Shown here: in pieces, positions 1-21,107 of the stretch | Layout of the letters: each line of letters opens with the position of its first letter | How positions within the stretch are numbered: position 1 is the stretch's first letter | Assembly: GCA_905331295.1 (NCBI GenBank) | Contig: CAJNYD010000034.1 | Span: 124,001-188,000 of the forward strand | Source of the DNA: Rotaria socialis | Lineage: Eukaryota | Length of the DNA stretch: 64,000 nt | Reading direction: 5' to 3' | Notes under the pieces: model-generated | What the model was told of the DNA's origin: nothing | Databases searched by the model: none | Seen by the model: only the letters and a program-made list of their open reading frames with translations | Position numbers and translations under genes: made by a program

Positions 1-703
1 ACTCTCGTGAATGGAGGAACTGTGAGAAAACTTATAGTTGATTCCCATTTCCTCTAGGAATTATCACAGAGACACTGACAATTCCTCGGCAAATTAGGAA
101 TTCCTATTTCTCAGTCTTTGGATACTGCTGAAATATTCATATTAATTAAAACGCAAATGAATCTAAGAATATGTCCACAAATGATAATACCTTGAAATTA
201 TATTATTAAAATAAATTAAATTTACATTAAGTATTGACACATAATCTATAGCGGAATAGAAAAATGCGAGTATCGAACACATTATATAAAAGAAGCACTC
301 TAATCCTTTGTTGACAAGTCCAGATGATGAGAAAGCATAACTTCAAAACTAATAATAAAATATTTGATGATACTAATTCTTATTTCAAAATATGCACTCA
401 AAATATTGAAAATGTTAGGCCTTACAATCAGCAGCAACAAAATAGATTTAATTTTGTTTTGTTGCAATTAGATAAAACTACGTGTGGTACTATTTGAAGT
501 AGAAATAATGATTATGTTTGATTATAGATACATATTTGATATTGCTTTTAATTAAATCTTCAAAACTTTTGTTTTTTAATATCTTATTATTATTCTACTG
601 AGAATTATTGCGTTTAAATATATGACTGAGCAAACAAATAAAAATCTGATTAGTAAAATTAAAAAAGAACCTTTGTTTTGCTTTTAAGAATAAAAATAAA
701 TTC

Positions 704-2846
704 ATGTTTTCTTCTGGATTAAAAAATCTATTGAAAACATGCATTCATACACTATGGAAATTAGTTCAATTACTATTATTTGTTATTATTGTGCCACCAT
801 TGATTAATTACGCATCATTAAAACGTGAAGCGCCTTTACTTGGACAACATGGTAAGTAATCGACATTCAATATGAATATTTGCTATTAATTGTGTTAGGT
901 TTACCATATGATATTGGCTTTGGTCAAAAATTGTTTTTACGTTGTCGTGGAAAGGGTGCGCCAACGGGTGAGTATTTTTGAAAGTATTTAAAATAAGAGA
1001 GAAAAAAAAAGACAATTTTTGTTCAAAGTTATTTTTGATGCTCCCACTGGCATGACCTCAGATATTTGGCTTCCTCTTCAAGAAAATCTTCAGAGGACAA
1101 CAACAGTAAATGTGTCATGATTGGATTTTTCTTTTCATTCTAATGAACTTTCTTTAGGTATGTATCTATGATCGAGCAGGATTAGGAATGAGTGATCCAC
1201 CATTAGGTTCGACGATTCAACAAAGTAATATTTTAATTGAATTCGAAGAAAAAACGATTTAATAATCACGATGATGTTCTATATAGAATCCGATGTCAAA
1301 GAAAATGAACCCACGAAATATCGTGGTATGGATTTCACGGTAGAAAAGTACAGACTTTTTGATGAAAATTGCAATTAAACGCTTAAAAAATTATTCATTA
1401 GAATGTCCGAAGATTTGAATCGCCTTATGACTGCTACAAGTCAACAGCCAAAACCATTTATTCTAGTCGGTGCTGATCTTGGTGCTATCGTAGCTCGTTT
1501 TTATACTCAAATGTATGAATTGTAAGTCGATACAATAGAATCCAAATCACAACTGTCATTTATCACGATGTGTATGAAATAGCATAAATTAAAAAGCAGA
1601 AAAACGATGATAGATATCAAACATAAGCGTTGATTTAAACACTTTCTATCAATGAATTACTATCAATCAGAGATATAACAATTAAAATCTTAGATTTTGT
1701 CTTTAAATTGAACATTAACAAAATCATATCGCGTTCAAATTATGCATTTATGTAGATAGATGCAAGATTAGTAATTCTATAAGAACTAATTCTAGTCAAT
1801 TCCCAGTGCTATGATGGTTCATTGCATAATATTTTAATCTTAAAGTATGCCGAAAGATGATTAGAAGTTATTGGACCAGAGCATTTAAAAAATGCTGATC
1901 AATAAATAATCACCCTTGTAATGAATGGTCCAGTCGCATCTAGTCAATGAATTATAATTCTTACATGCGTAAGATTTAGAGTTTAAATCTATATTTTATT
2001 TCTTTACTATTGAATATTAAACAACTATAAATCGTTGTTTTTATTTTATGCTTTCAGTGATGTTAGTCATTTATTTTTAATTGATCCTTTGGTTGAAAAT
2101 TTATTCGATAATGAACATTGGAAGGATCATTGGTAAATCTTTCAATTAATACGCTTCCGATGCAATACGTTTTAATTTAGGTACAATAAAATAATTCCAC
2201 GACTTCATGCTATGCAATTGTCAGCAGCTATGGGTGTTAATCGAATACTTGTCTTGACACGTATGATTAATACTCAATTGAGTACGACGGCATCTAATAA
2301 TATAGATGATACCAATATAAATATCAATCACCGACAGGTTGTTACATTTGAACGATAAAATAAGAGTTTTCCAATGTATTTTTATGTTCAGAAACATTTA
2401 CTTTGCAATGCTGCTCATATTAGCTCAGCTATTCGAGAGCATTTTTACATGAATGAAACATTTTCACAAATGAAGTAATAGCAACAAAATTAACAACAAA
2501 AAAATTAAAGAGATTATTTCTGTAGGCTAGCCTGGCGAATGAAAGCTTTTTCTTCAAATGCATCAGTGACTATTGTTAATCGTCGTCAATATGATAAAGA
2601 TCTCTCGAAAAATTTAAATCAAGTATAATTCTTAAATTTTTTTCTGTTGTACTTTTCATCTTTCTTGTATTCAAGGCATGGGACGAATCACAAGAATTTC
2701 TACGTACGCAATTATTTCGTAATCGAATTCAACATCGTCTTATTGATTCGACCGATAAATATTTTTTCTTCAACAAACCTGATCTACTAGAATCAATAAT
2801 TAAAGATTCAATAAATCAATGGCGAGAACAAAAAGGACTTGCATGA
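704..2846 (+). CDS. Alpha/beta-hydrolase fold protein with N-terminal hydrophobic segment (multi-exon)
   Basis: Manual splicing over short GT-AG introns gives ...LFLRCRGKGAPTVIFDAPTGMTS...VCIYDRAGLGMSDPP...PFILVGADLGAIVARFY...HLFLIDP...QWREQKGLA* (TGA 2844-2846). DRAGLGxS and the LVGxxxG elbow are Abhydrolase_1 motifs. The start ATG at 704 is uncertain. Confidence 0.85.
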
Positions 2847-4680
2847 GTCAGTTTACATTGTTATTTTGTCTTATTATAAAGATATAATTGTTTGCAAGAA
2901 CATAACAAAAGAAAAGAAAAGAAAAAGAAATTGATTTTCATCATTTGTTATTAATAAATACTAAAGATAGATTCTTCAGTCATTTAAATTGGAAAATAAT
3001 TGAACAGTATCAATGGACGACGGATGCAAGCATTTGCCTTTGCCTCTGAGGTTTTCTGTTTGAAAAATATAGCCCTGTAAAACTACTAATATCAAATGGG
3101 AACAAACAATTCATTATCAATCGGTATAGAAATGAACATTTTACTATTATAGACATACGTGCTATTAATCGTGAATTAGAGATCAGCATGTAAATCGAAA
3201 AGTTTCAATTAGTGTGTCGCATTGATAGGTCATGTATGATTTTCCTTTACTTACACACTTTCATGGAGTTATGTAGGCGGTAACACCTGTGAGTTATTGT
3301 GGTATACTGGAATTCATTATGCGAACAGCTGTTTGTACTTATTAATAATTAGGAGTTTTTTTTTCATAGCGAAATCTAAACTGGTTTGGTGATTTTATAA
3401 ATAAATCTGACTAGTTATACTTGGCAAACACTCATTGGTAAACTATTTCCAATGAATTTCTTTTAAGTCGTAGTACACTTCTATTTACAACAAAAATATT
3501 GTCACTATCGAGCATTGTATAGCACAATGGAATGAGATCAAGATAATTATTGATTAGATTCTGTCTTGCTAATACTAAAATACTAATGTGATCAGTAGGC
3601 ATACTTTCTTCCGGTGCTCATAATTTTATAGTTAAAGAAAATACTATGTCAACTATGATAAGTATGACCATGTACATAATTGATCATAAATAGTAATAGA
3701 AAATGTCTTTCTTTCTATTTGCAGTATGCATTCTCAGGGCTGATTTTTTGTAACAGATAAAAATCAGTGAGTAAAACTAAAGATAATGATCGATAACTCA
3801 AATTCACATGGATTTTGCGGCTGGTTTCTCCTTCATTGCGCCGTATCAAAGTTTCACTGAACAATTTGTTCAGTGTGCAAAACTTGAAAAACAACCGATG
3901 AATTTGTACGTAGACTAAAAATTAGAATTGAATTGAAGATATCCAGTTGGACTGAAAGACACTAAAATCGGCACGTTTGCTCGAAGTGAATTCAAATTAT
4001 CGGTTGAGATGATTATTTTGTCACTTTTACTTATCAAATGTACATAAATATTGATCTATAATAACTGAAAGCGTATTAAGTTACTATTGAAATAAAGGAA
4101 TAATATTTACATAAATGAATTTTTTCGTGTCAGATTTGTGTAATCATTTGATTCCATATTAAATCGTGACAGAGTGATTAAATATGTTTTTGATTTGATT
4201 CAAGAAAGTATCAATATCAAGACTCTCAAATTTCATGGCTAATTCTATCTAATATACACACTAGTTACAGTAGATGACGATGCTCAATTGTACTGATGCA
4301 CAAAGAACTGACTGTGTGTAAAGTATACTCAATGAAAGAATTCGTACAAAATCGATTGATATATCATAATAAATAAAAAATTCAAACTACTAGTGGGATT
4401 CTCACGAAAGAAAAATGGATAAAATTGATCGAAAAAATACTTTATCAACTACAGTATTGTTATTTGTTTCATTAAAGATCATCGTTAAATATCGATGAAA
4501 TAACAAATTTAGCCTTCTACGCCAAGATTCAGTACTTAAAAAAACTATTTTTGATTATTGATCCTCGGTTATTATCGAACATTGACTATGTGGTCGGATT
4601 TATATCAAAAGTTTCTATACAAACAGAGATCTCTGTGTGTATATCGTGCTCATCAATAGGTATTAGGATTATTTTATTTG

Positions 4681-5021
4681 TTTTTGTGTACTCAAAAAAC
4701 AAAAATGAGTACACTATAGAATCGGTCAGTGTGTCCGTCCGGCCGTTTACACGATAGCTCCTGAAAGGCTGATCCGATTGTCATGAAATTTTGTACACAC
4801 AATGATCTTATCAATATCTCAGTCGGGTTCGAAGATGAGAGGGGTCCGTCAAGAAATGGCTGAGTTATCGAAAAATTTGTCATTATTGACCAGACCATCC
4901 CTGAAGAGGGGTACAGGGATTTTTTCAAAACAAATTTTTTTTTCTCAGTATTATTCACAACATATATAAATCGACTCAGTTTTTTGCAGTACACATAACA
5001 ATCGGATGCAAATCCGATGTT
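4681..5021 (+). mobile_element. Helentron-associated non-autonomous element (HINE/DINE-1-like)
   Basis: T-rich 5' end, then inverted pair GTGTACTCA (4686-4694)/TGAGTACAC (4706-4714), a GTCC-type motif (gtgtccgtccggccg), a 3' copy AGTACAC (4988-4994), hairpin ATCGGAT-gcaa-ATCCGAT (5001-5018), then gttt. Confidence 0.7.
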
Positions 5022-6008
5022 TCCGCATTTATTTGATGGTTAAAGTCAATTTTCAAGTAATGATATTGAATTTATAGACTGATGAGAGAATTTGTACTGT
5101 TTGCAAGAATGTACTATCAAGAATGCGTTCACCTTGAGTGAAAAGACAATCTTGATGACAACTACTGTCAAATTCATGGCTGTCGCTACCTTGAGAACAC
5201 TCAATATCTTCGCAAATTATTAATGTTTCTTTTTATTCGTCAACGTAAGTAGTCTAATTTTGTTTGCTTAGTTTATAATTCATAATAGAAATATAAACTT
5301 CATTCTTCGAAGAACTACGATGGAGCTAATTAAATTCGAAATATTAGACAATTAATTAATAGTTCTTTGACATATTACAATCGTCATAAATGAGAAGAGT
5401 CACATAATACGTACGATGATGATGATGAAGTCGGAAATTTATTCATAATAGGTAATAAAGATTCAATATCATGAATCACAAATACGTTTTATCTATCAAT
5501 CAAGGATTGAAATCTTGTTGGTTATTCTTCTGCTTGTCACGAACGACATAGATATGCATTAGAATATCTATTGAAATAGTCATGTAATACAGATCATATT
5601 TTGAGACATTGATCTTACAATCTGTGAGCAATTTTGATTAATTTTGTTAACTAAAATCTGATCGAATACGTTAGATGTTTGTTCACGATAAAAGGCTAAC
5701 AAGAAAATTTTACTTCTCAAAATTGATTAAATGTTTCTATATTTGTGTAGCACATGGATAATTTCTTGCAAAATAAAAAAAAAACATAATATTCGTAAAT
5801 TCCTTTTTTTGTTCTGTAAAAGAAAAAAAATCTTTTATACTGTTTCTGAACATATCACAAAAGAGACATTTCCCATTAAAAAACAACATTTTTGAAATCT
5901 GACTACAGAACAAGAAATTTCTGGAAAAAAAGAAAAAAAGTACGAAATTCAACACTGAAAAATGTCGTTGAATACTCGAAAGTGCGTCTACTCGACAACA
6001 AGGTCAAA

Positions 6009-7881
6009 TTATGATAATGGACGAATTTGTGAGATATGTTTCCGATCAAATGGGCAATCCGAAAGTAAACTTGGTCGTTTTATCATAGTAGCACATGTAT
6101 TACACAATATACATTCACATGGCAGTAATTGCGTATCAGCTAAATGCTCATGACAAATTAAACATAATTCTCGAGCATTTGATACTTTATTGAAGTCTAA
6201 TTTTTCTTGTGAACTAAAATTATATAAATAAATTGATGTTACTTGTCCATATAAATCAAAAAATGGATATAAAGTTAAATTGGAAATTTCCGATGATGGT
6301 ATTTGGCTTTTGAGTTGTATTGGCAGACGATTATTAATTGAAAGATTAACATGACCATGCAAATCAAACCAAAATGCTAGTTCATCATACATTGATATAT
6401 CTGCATTTATATCAGAATCAATAAACCATTTTGATGATGAATATTGTTCCGTAAGTGCTGTTGCATCTTCAGGTAAATTTCTATTTTTTAATGATGCTGG
6501 ATTACATGTTGTTAAACCAAATAGAAGTATTGAAGATATATTTGTATCGCAATTCATTACTCTACAAATAAGCATCTCATTTAATTTCATTGGTGTATTT
6601 AAAAATGCATAACTTGACTTGATTTTAAGATTATCCACACATGCAATACGATTATTATTTGTTAATATAACATTATGATTCGTTGATGACATAAATGTTA
6701 ATTTATGTTGAGCATTTGATGAATATAAATAATTAAAATATTGAAGTTGAGAAATATTACTATTATCATTTAGATTTTTAGTGACAAAATCAATAATACT
6801 ACCATGAATTGATATAGGTAAACCCTCATTAATTATTGTTTGATCTGGTAATGTTGCTTCATCAATTATTTCGATTTGATCTGTTTTGCCATATACTTCA
6901 CAAAATAAATAGTAAGGTCCATTATGCTCATTAATTGTTAAAACTGCCTGAGCTGGAGTTGTTTGACCATATCCACCAACATAGATTTGGCCATCTAAAC
7001 CAAAAGAAAAAGTAAATAATTTAGTTTTAGTTGATTATTTTAATAATAACAAATGAGAATTTTTCAAAATTTTAAAAGAAACTTAAAATTAATATATACT
7101 GAAAATAGTGATTGTTTGAAATCGATACCATTTTATGACGAAATGTAAAAACTGTAAGTTTTGATATTAACCTAGATGTAAAGTGTTGTTCTATTAGAAT
7201 ATATTTAATCGGACTAGATTCTTCATTAGGTGAAGATAAATACTTAACAGATAACCATATTAGTTCTACTTGAAAGTTACATCATCATTCATTTCTTTTT
7301 TGTATTTTTCCCTATAGAAGATTTGATTCTATATTTTTAATTGAAACTTGACTTATGAAATCTGGGGATTCTTTTTTTCTTAATAAAATATGACTCGATG
7401 TATACTAGTTGTATGTACAATTTCTTCTAAAATAACGCGCATCTGATTACCATAAGCATAGTATACATAAATAATTGGTGATGTTCGTAGAAGTTCATCA
7501 GGACAGGCACGTAACCAATATCCACCTTGGTCTAAATAAACAAAAAGTCAATAGCTTCAATTTTATCTATAATATCAATAAACCTGTTAGGTGTTTAAAA
7601 GCTAAAGTTGGCAATGTTTCTTGGGTAAATTGTGTTTTAGGATCTTGCAGACAAAATCCAACACGAAGACTTCCAATCCAATCAACTTCTTTTTGACGGT
7701 GTTTTAAAAAAACTTTTTCATATGAACGTACAGTTCGACAACTGAATACAATAGCATCACCAAAACCTGATGATCTAGTTGCTTGTCGGTTATTATTTGC
7801 AAGTGTTATACCTTTTCCATGGAGTTCATTAAATCGTAAAGGCTCTGGTTTGCCCATAACACGACGTGAAGGTTTAGGCAT
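6009..7881 (-). CDS. Neuralized-like E3 ubiquitin ligase (2 NHR domains plus C-terminal RING), 3 exons
   Basis: Exons approx. 7881-7584, 7531-7451, 6994-6009. NHR1 is PLRFNELHGKGITL...AIVFSCRTV...WIGSLRVGF; NHR2 is ...LLFGLTTCNP...LYPFFDLYGQV; RING is CLICHEHLADTQLLPCECILCNTC...CPFDR. Confidence 0.85.
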
Positions 7882-9384
7882 TTTGTTTTTCGAATCGTTT
7901 GTTTTTATCAAAATATCAAGACAAAACAGAAACTATTTACTATTTTCTCTTTTTCTTCCTACGTTAAAAAACCTAAAAATGTCATCTAGCGCCACCAATA
8001 TTCTTAACTGCTTACTATTGGTGTATAGTAAGAATCCATTCCGTTAGTCGAATGCAGTTCTTTCTTTTTTTTTGTTCTCTTGATATACATTTGCTTTACC
8101 CGTTCTATCGTTTGCATATTTCTTTTTGTACAATATAGTGATAGATCTGTCGTTTTTAATATTTTTCTTTGATTGACTTTAGACTTAAATCAGGTATATC
8201 GAATACATCATTGATGTTTGATTTGATTTGTTAAGTTCTAAGATAAAGTAGAGCGATTTTGAAAAGAAAAATCAACCAAATGTCGATTTATCACGTAAGT
8301 GAAGATTACGTTGCTTCCATATCATTTGTTCTAAGACGGGAAAACTAGAAAGAAAAATCTGATTTCCATTTCTCCGTATGAATGTTGTTGCAGTAGTTTA
8401 CGTTGTTTAGCATTTTCTTTCATTCATTTATTGTTTTTCTGGCGAATATAGGACAAGTCGGTCAACCGATTACATACGAAGATTGACGAACGTAATCGCA
8501 TGTCCGATAAGTAAGCGACGTCCTGATGACCTCTTCTTCATTCTTTTCTTCCCTTCTCTGTGGCCACCTCTTACTAACTATTTCCTCATTCTGCCGCCTA
8601 CATAGTCAGACAAACATATATGTACTGGAAGATCGTGACGATTGAGCAGTTACGATCGCAAACATTCTTTTCCTCAGTCGATGTCTATGACCGAACGAAG
8701 GGGAAAAAATTCTTCTTTTTTTTTTGGGATGAGAATTATCATTATACTCGTTTGGTTGAACAGATCGATCGATGATGGAAAGCAGACATTTGTTATATTA
8801 TTATTATTATTCATAGTAAAGAAACAATACAGATTATAGTCGAAATATCTTAGCAATTATTTTCTTTCTATTGAATGCGTCTCTTTGACACCTTTTTTTC
8901 TGCTGTCTATAATCGATAGCGAAACAATTTTTTTCTTTTTTCAATGGCAATTAAACATTCGAAAAAAAAAAGAACACCGACCCTATGCTCATTTCTCATC
9001 AGTCATGATTACACTAATAGCTTTGCCTGATGCATGCATGTGTCGATTCTTCTTATGTTCATATTCGCGCTTTTTCTCTTTCTCGTGTTTCTTAATTTCT
9101 CAACGGGGCGTCATCTTAAACGTTCTTTGCTCATATTCATTTTTCTTCGGTGTTCATAATGAAAAAAATTGTCAAGGCTCTTCATTTTTTTTCTTTTTGA
9201 GTTCAACTTATATTGACCATCGATTGTCTGTTTGTATCTAGATATTTACACACAAATAAAATATCAACTTGTCGATAAATCATGCGACGATTTGTGTATA
9301 TGTATCTCTTTTCACCGATATTGCTATTCTTATGAAGGTGTCATTTGTAAATCACTGACGAAAAAAACAAAAAGAAAGAAAGAC

Positions 9385-16596
<7,212 letters not shown>

Positions 16597-17819
16597 CTTT
16601 TGGTTAGATTTTTTCCTATTCTTATCCTAGGCAAATTCTGTTTGTTTGTGTTTTGGAATCATCTATCTTTCTCTTTCTCGATATATATATACATATAAAT
16701 GCTCATGCTCTTCCTGATCTCATTTGTTTTTGGTTTATTTGTTTTTCCTTCTTTCTTTTACACCTGTGTTTATATATATATATATATATATATGTTTGTC
16801 TTCGATTGACCAGTCTAGCATTTAAGACATTTTGTCGCTGGAATCTCGCACATATCTATACGCATATGCTTCTTGTTGTTTGTTGTTTCTCTCTCTTTCT
16901 CTCTCTCTATCTTGTGCTCAGGAACTTGTGTGTGTTTGTAAACAGAACAGTTTTTACAAGCTTTATGCAAACAAATACTTAAAGAACTAACGGTAACATA
17001 ATAAAATCCGACGCTAGTCATGGAATATTATTTGAAGTATATATCGGATTAAAATTATTTCGTGTTCATAGCCTTGTAAAAAGAAAATTGAAGATGTTTT
17101 GATAAATAAAAATAAGAAAAAAATAAAAAGATCCAATATTTATGAAACATGATGATAGAGGTACACAACATTTTTATTTGTAGATAGAATTATGAATAAG
17201 TTACAGATATACAACAAAAAAAGGGTAGATTTTATTTGACATCGAAGATTTAATTAGTAATAGAAACTAAAGATGCGTGTTTTCCCCCCTTTCCAAATAA
17301 AGAGATAATGCTTTTAGCTGAGACAAAGAACAGGAATACAAATGTGCTATGCCTCACTAGTTTAACTTACTAAAATATTGACTGAAGATGCTTGCATGCC
17401 AAACTGCGATCTCACTGAATTGATGTTAATCAAAAAAGTTATTTTAAGAATAAAGTGAAATTTTTTTCTAAATGGACTAAATACTTTGAAGATTCAAGTT
17501 AAATTCAACTACTTTCTCGAAATAAACTTTCAGTAATCTGGTAAAGTAGAAATGAATCGATGAGCACTCCTAGTTTGATTATGCTTTAACTGTTATTAAA
17601 TGCATGCATGTCTAGATTAGTGTCTATTGCGACACAGTATATAATTGATTGGCCTACATTTAAATATCCAACTGTGCCATTAGCACATTGTTCAAGCCTT
17701 TTGTTAGAATTTTTGCTTGGCAAAAAATAACGCTAGGATGAGCAGTTTACTAGATAACTCTATCATGTTATGTATCTTGATTAGTTCGTGATTGAATTTT
17801 CCTATTTCTAGATAAAATC

Positions 17820-18275
17820 ATGGCATCTACAATGAATAATGGTGAACTAGTTAATAATTCATCTTTTGCTATTGATCAATCAACAATAACAAATGGAATT
17901 AAAATAACTGAATTTTCACGTCGTATAGGAGATCAACTAATTCTTTATCAAATTATTCGTTATCCAGATCGGTGCCTTTTTATCTGGATTGGAACATCAT
18001 CCTGTGATATATCAAATTTAGCTATGACAATGCCTAGAATGACATCATCATCGTCATCGTCTTCATCAAATGAATTTCTAGGAACAACACTTTTTGGTGT
18101 CGACTTTTATGAGCAATCATTGTCATTAAGTAAAAAAGTTGCACGCCGTTTAGGTGGTCAAAAACAAATCTATATTAGTCTTAATCTATCGAACGATGCT
18201 GATAATGAAATGTTATTAGGTGAAATTGAACAAGCTCTTTTTGAGCATATACGTCAAAATGAACAAGATTATTGA
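17820..18275 (+). CDS. PSMG4: Proteasome assembly chaperone 4 (PAC4), single coding exon
   Basis: 151-aa ORF with LFIWIG...SNLAMTMP...TTLFG...SLSKKVARRLG..QIYISLNL...IEQALFE, matching the PAC4 motif order and size. Confidence 0.8.
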   Translation: MASTMNNGELVNNSSFAIDQSTITNGIKITEFSRRIGDQLILYQIIRYPDRCLFIWIGTSSCDISNLAMTMPRMTSSSSSSSSNEFLGTTLFGVDFYEQSLSLSKKVARRLGGQKQIYISLNLSNDADNEMLLGEIEQALFEHIRQNEQDY

Positions 18276-20777
18276 AAAAAAAAAAATTTTTTTCTGTTTT
18301 TTTTTATAGAAGAATCATAAACTCGACACAAAGATTGAAGTAACTCTTCATTCGTATCTGTGATCTATTTTATAAGTAATAAAATATGGAAAAAGAAAAA
18401 ATATCTATTTCTTTTTGTTCATGTGATGACGTATAAAGTCAAGAAAAAGCGAGTTCTTTAACTACAAAAGAAGGAAAATAGACTAATACATGTTATCTTT
18501 TATATTGAAATTTTGAACAGCCTAATAAATCATAAATGTTGACGTGCTCAATTTATGAATAATTCTAATACTTATTTTCATGAATTATGTAAAAACAAAT
18601 GTCTGAATGATCTATAGATTTCGTTCATGCCTATCATGTTTGTTATTTTTTCAAAACTGGATATGATGAATAACTCGAAAAATAGAAGAATCTATTCTTA
18701 CACTTATGTTTATTTTCTCAGCTAATCAAGCAAAATATTCATGAAAAAAAATAAGCCTGTATAGCAAATTTGCTCGAATCCTATGTCATGATATCTATAT
18801 ATTACAATATTCTTTACGCTGATTGCATATTTTAATAATAGAAGACAAACAAATGTATTCAAAGCTGAACTCGACAATATCAAATAATATGATTCCTGTC
18901 GTACAATAAAAAAAAGTAGGTTCTTACAAAAATAGATTGAAATAAGTAAAGAATCTCAATTATGGCTTTAATCGAATCAATTAATATGTGTTTTATATCT
19001 CAAAGAACAAACCAAGAAGAAGTCTTAGTAATTCTTTGTATGATAAGAAAAATACACTGACATATAGAATTAAAATCAAGAAATCTTATTCTTCTGTTTT
19101 TTCGACCATCCCATGATGAGTTGCTTGTTATAGCGCATTATTCTCAAATATATTAATTTGTTTGAAAAGCTAAAGTGACCTTTAATCCTTTTTTCTTTAT
19201 CCCTCATAAAGACATCATGTTCTTATTGGTTAACAACAAGTTGCTTTTTTTTTATTCCTTAAATAACAATTACTGCAGGAACATCACGCTGAGAATAGTA
19301 GTGGGGCTGTCTTTTCGATATTTCTATATATATATATTTGCATTCCTTCTACTAGATAACCTTTTATCTAATAGAATAGTTATCATTTGTTTTCTTCAAA
19401 TGGTTTCATATATTTTATATTTAAATTTAGTTTTTTTGCGAAATCTAAGATACAAAAAGTGCTCATAGTCGAGCACACAAATTATTTAGTCCCAAGAGAA
19501 ATGCATATGGCTGTAGTTTCTAATTAACTAACGTTGATTGAATCAGCTGCAAAAATAATACCAATATAAATATATTAGATAAATATTTGTTTGTAGGAAC
19601 GAAGGATGCATCTTCATGTTTCACTCAATTGATAAATATATTAAGTGCTTGATTCCTAATCGATACTCTTTATTGTACTATTCATTTTTTCGTGATTAGC
19701 AATATCTATCTATCTAGTTAGTTACCTAACGAAAGAATCGATCTGACATTTATTAGATCGAGACATTCTTTTCTTTCATCATTAAATATATCATTATTCT
19801 ATCTGTATCTTCATTGACACAAGATACCATAGATGTCAAATATGCGATGTATCAATATGTCTAATCATCTGTCAGTGATAATACAATGCTCATTAGCCTT
19901 CAATCAGATTTTCATCTGGATCTGATAATAAGAATTATTCAATCTAACTAACAATTTTCCTCAATGATCAATCAAAAGATTATTTAGCGCATTTATTAAC
20001 ATGATTTGTGATTTTTTTTCGTAGGTAGTTAATATTGTTCGATGTCTCATGTTTGTTATTCTTTGTTTTCTGAGTAGATTTATTATCTGTAAATAGTCCC
20101 TGGAGAGAATAGAATAAAATCTCCATACATTTGTGTCAAAATGGATTATTACTATCTGATTGATTGTTCAAATAGGTATTAAAGCTGAGAAAAAAACTCA
20201 AATGAGTTTGCACATAAGTCATTTGTTATTAGAACTAACCAAAGCCATCGTATCATATGAAATTGTATTCCTAACTTCTCATATAAATCTTTTTCTAAGT
20301 AGATTATTATTTATAATAGTGAAATCTAGTTATATCTTGTATTCGAAACTGATTTATTCATGTCAAAAGAAAAGACAAAAAAAAAGAAAAGATTGTGAGC
20401 AGAGAAGAAAAACACGACGCGAATATAATTATAGTAAATAAAGAATAGGTAGCAGCAAATAATAGAATAGCAAACAAAAAAGACTTTTTTGTATATTGAG
20501 ATAACTAGATTATTATTTTGCACTCTTTTTCTCTTTCGTTTTAGAAGAATATACATACATAAATAACGATACATACAAAAAAAAACAGATCTGAAATTTT
20601 CTTTTTGTGTTTTTTGTAAAAGCAACCAAATAAATGAATTTGTTTTTTTCGTATACATTATGCGAGAAAAACGAAAAGTATAGTGAGTGAAACAGATCGA
20701 CATAAGATCAATTGATACATACATCTGACAACATATACAAAACGATATTTAATGAGAACAGAGAGCGAAAGCGAGTG

Positions 20778-20782
20778 AAAGT

Positions 20783-20815
<33 letters not shown>

Positions 20816-20836
20816 AGAGAGAGAGGGAGAGAGAGA
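20778..20836. repeat. (GA)n microsatellite, probably in the G-alpha-o 3' UTR
   Basis: Imperfect GA dinucleotide run visible in the sequence. Confidence 0.8.
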
Positions 20837-21107
20837 TAAGAATATGGAATAATACACTATTTGTAATTTCTTTTCTATTAATTTGGCAGAAATACAAATG
20901 TAATGCACTTGAACAAAATACTTCGGCTTTTGATTTTTCACTGTCTATCGGACCTTACACAAGGGAGGTCACAAGAAAGAGAAAGAGAGTCACTGGATTG
21001 TCTGATAAACACGAGTATTGAATAAAGGCAAAAAGAAAAAGAAAGAAAAAAAAAAGATATGTAAAAAGTCTTTGTTTTGTTCATACTTATATTTGAGCAT
21101 GCTTGTC

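Noticed and set aside
1..130. Possible right end of a MITE (GGAATT repeats ending ...ATACTG)
   Set aside because: The left end lies outside the window, so a TIR/TSD cannot be verified.
17380..17410. CTGAAGA...CAAAC as a hammerhead ribozyme core
   Set aside because: The GAAA box and stems I/III are not satisfied. Similar CTGATGA hits at ~8523 and ~42316(-) also fail.
20160..21100. Several 77-132 aa ORFs
   Set aside because: Low-complexity translations of GA/A-rich UTR sequence downstream of the G-alpha-o stop at 21108.
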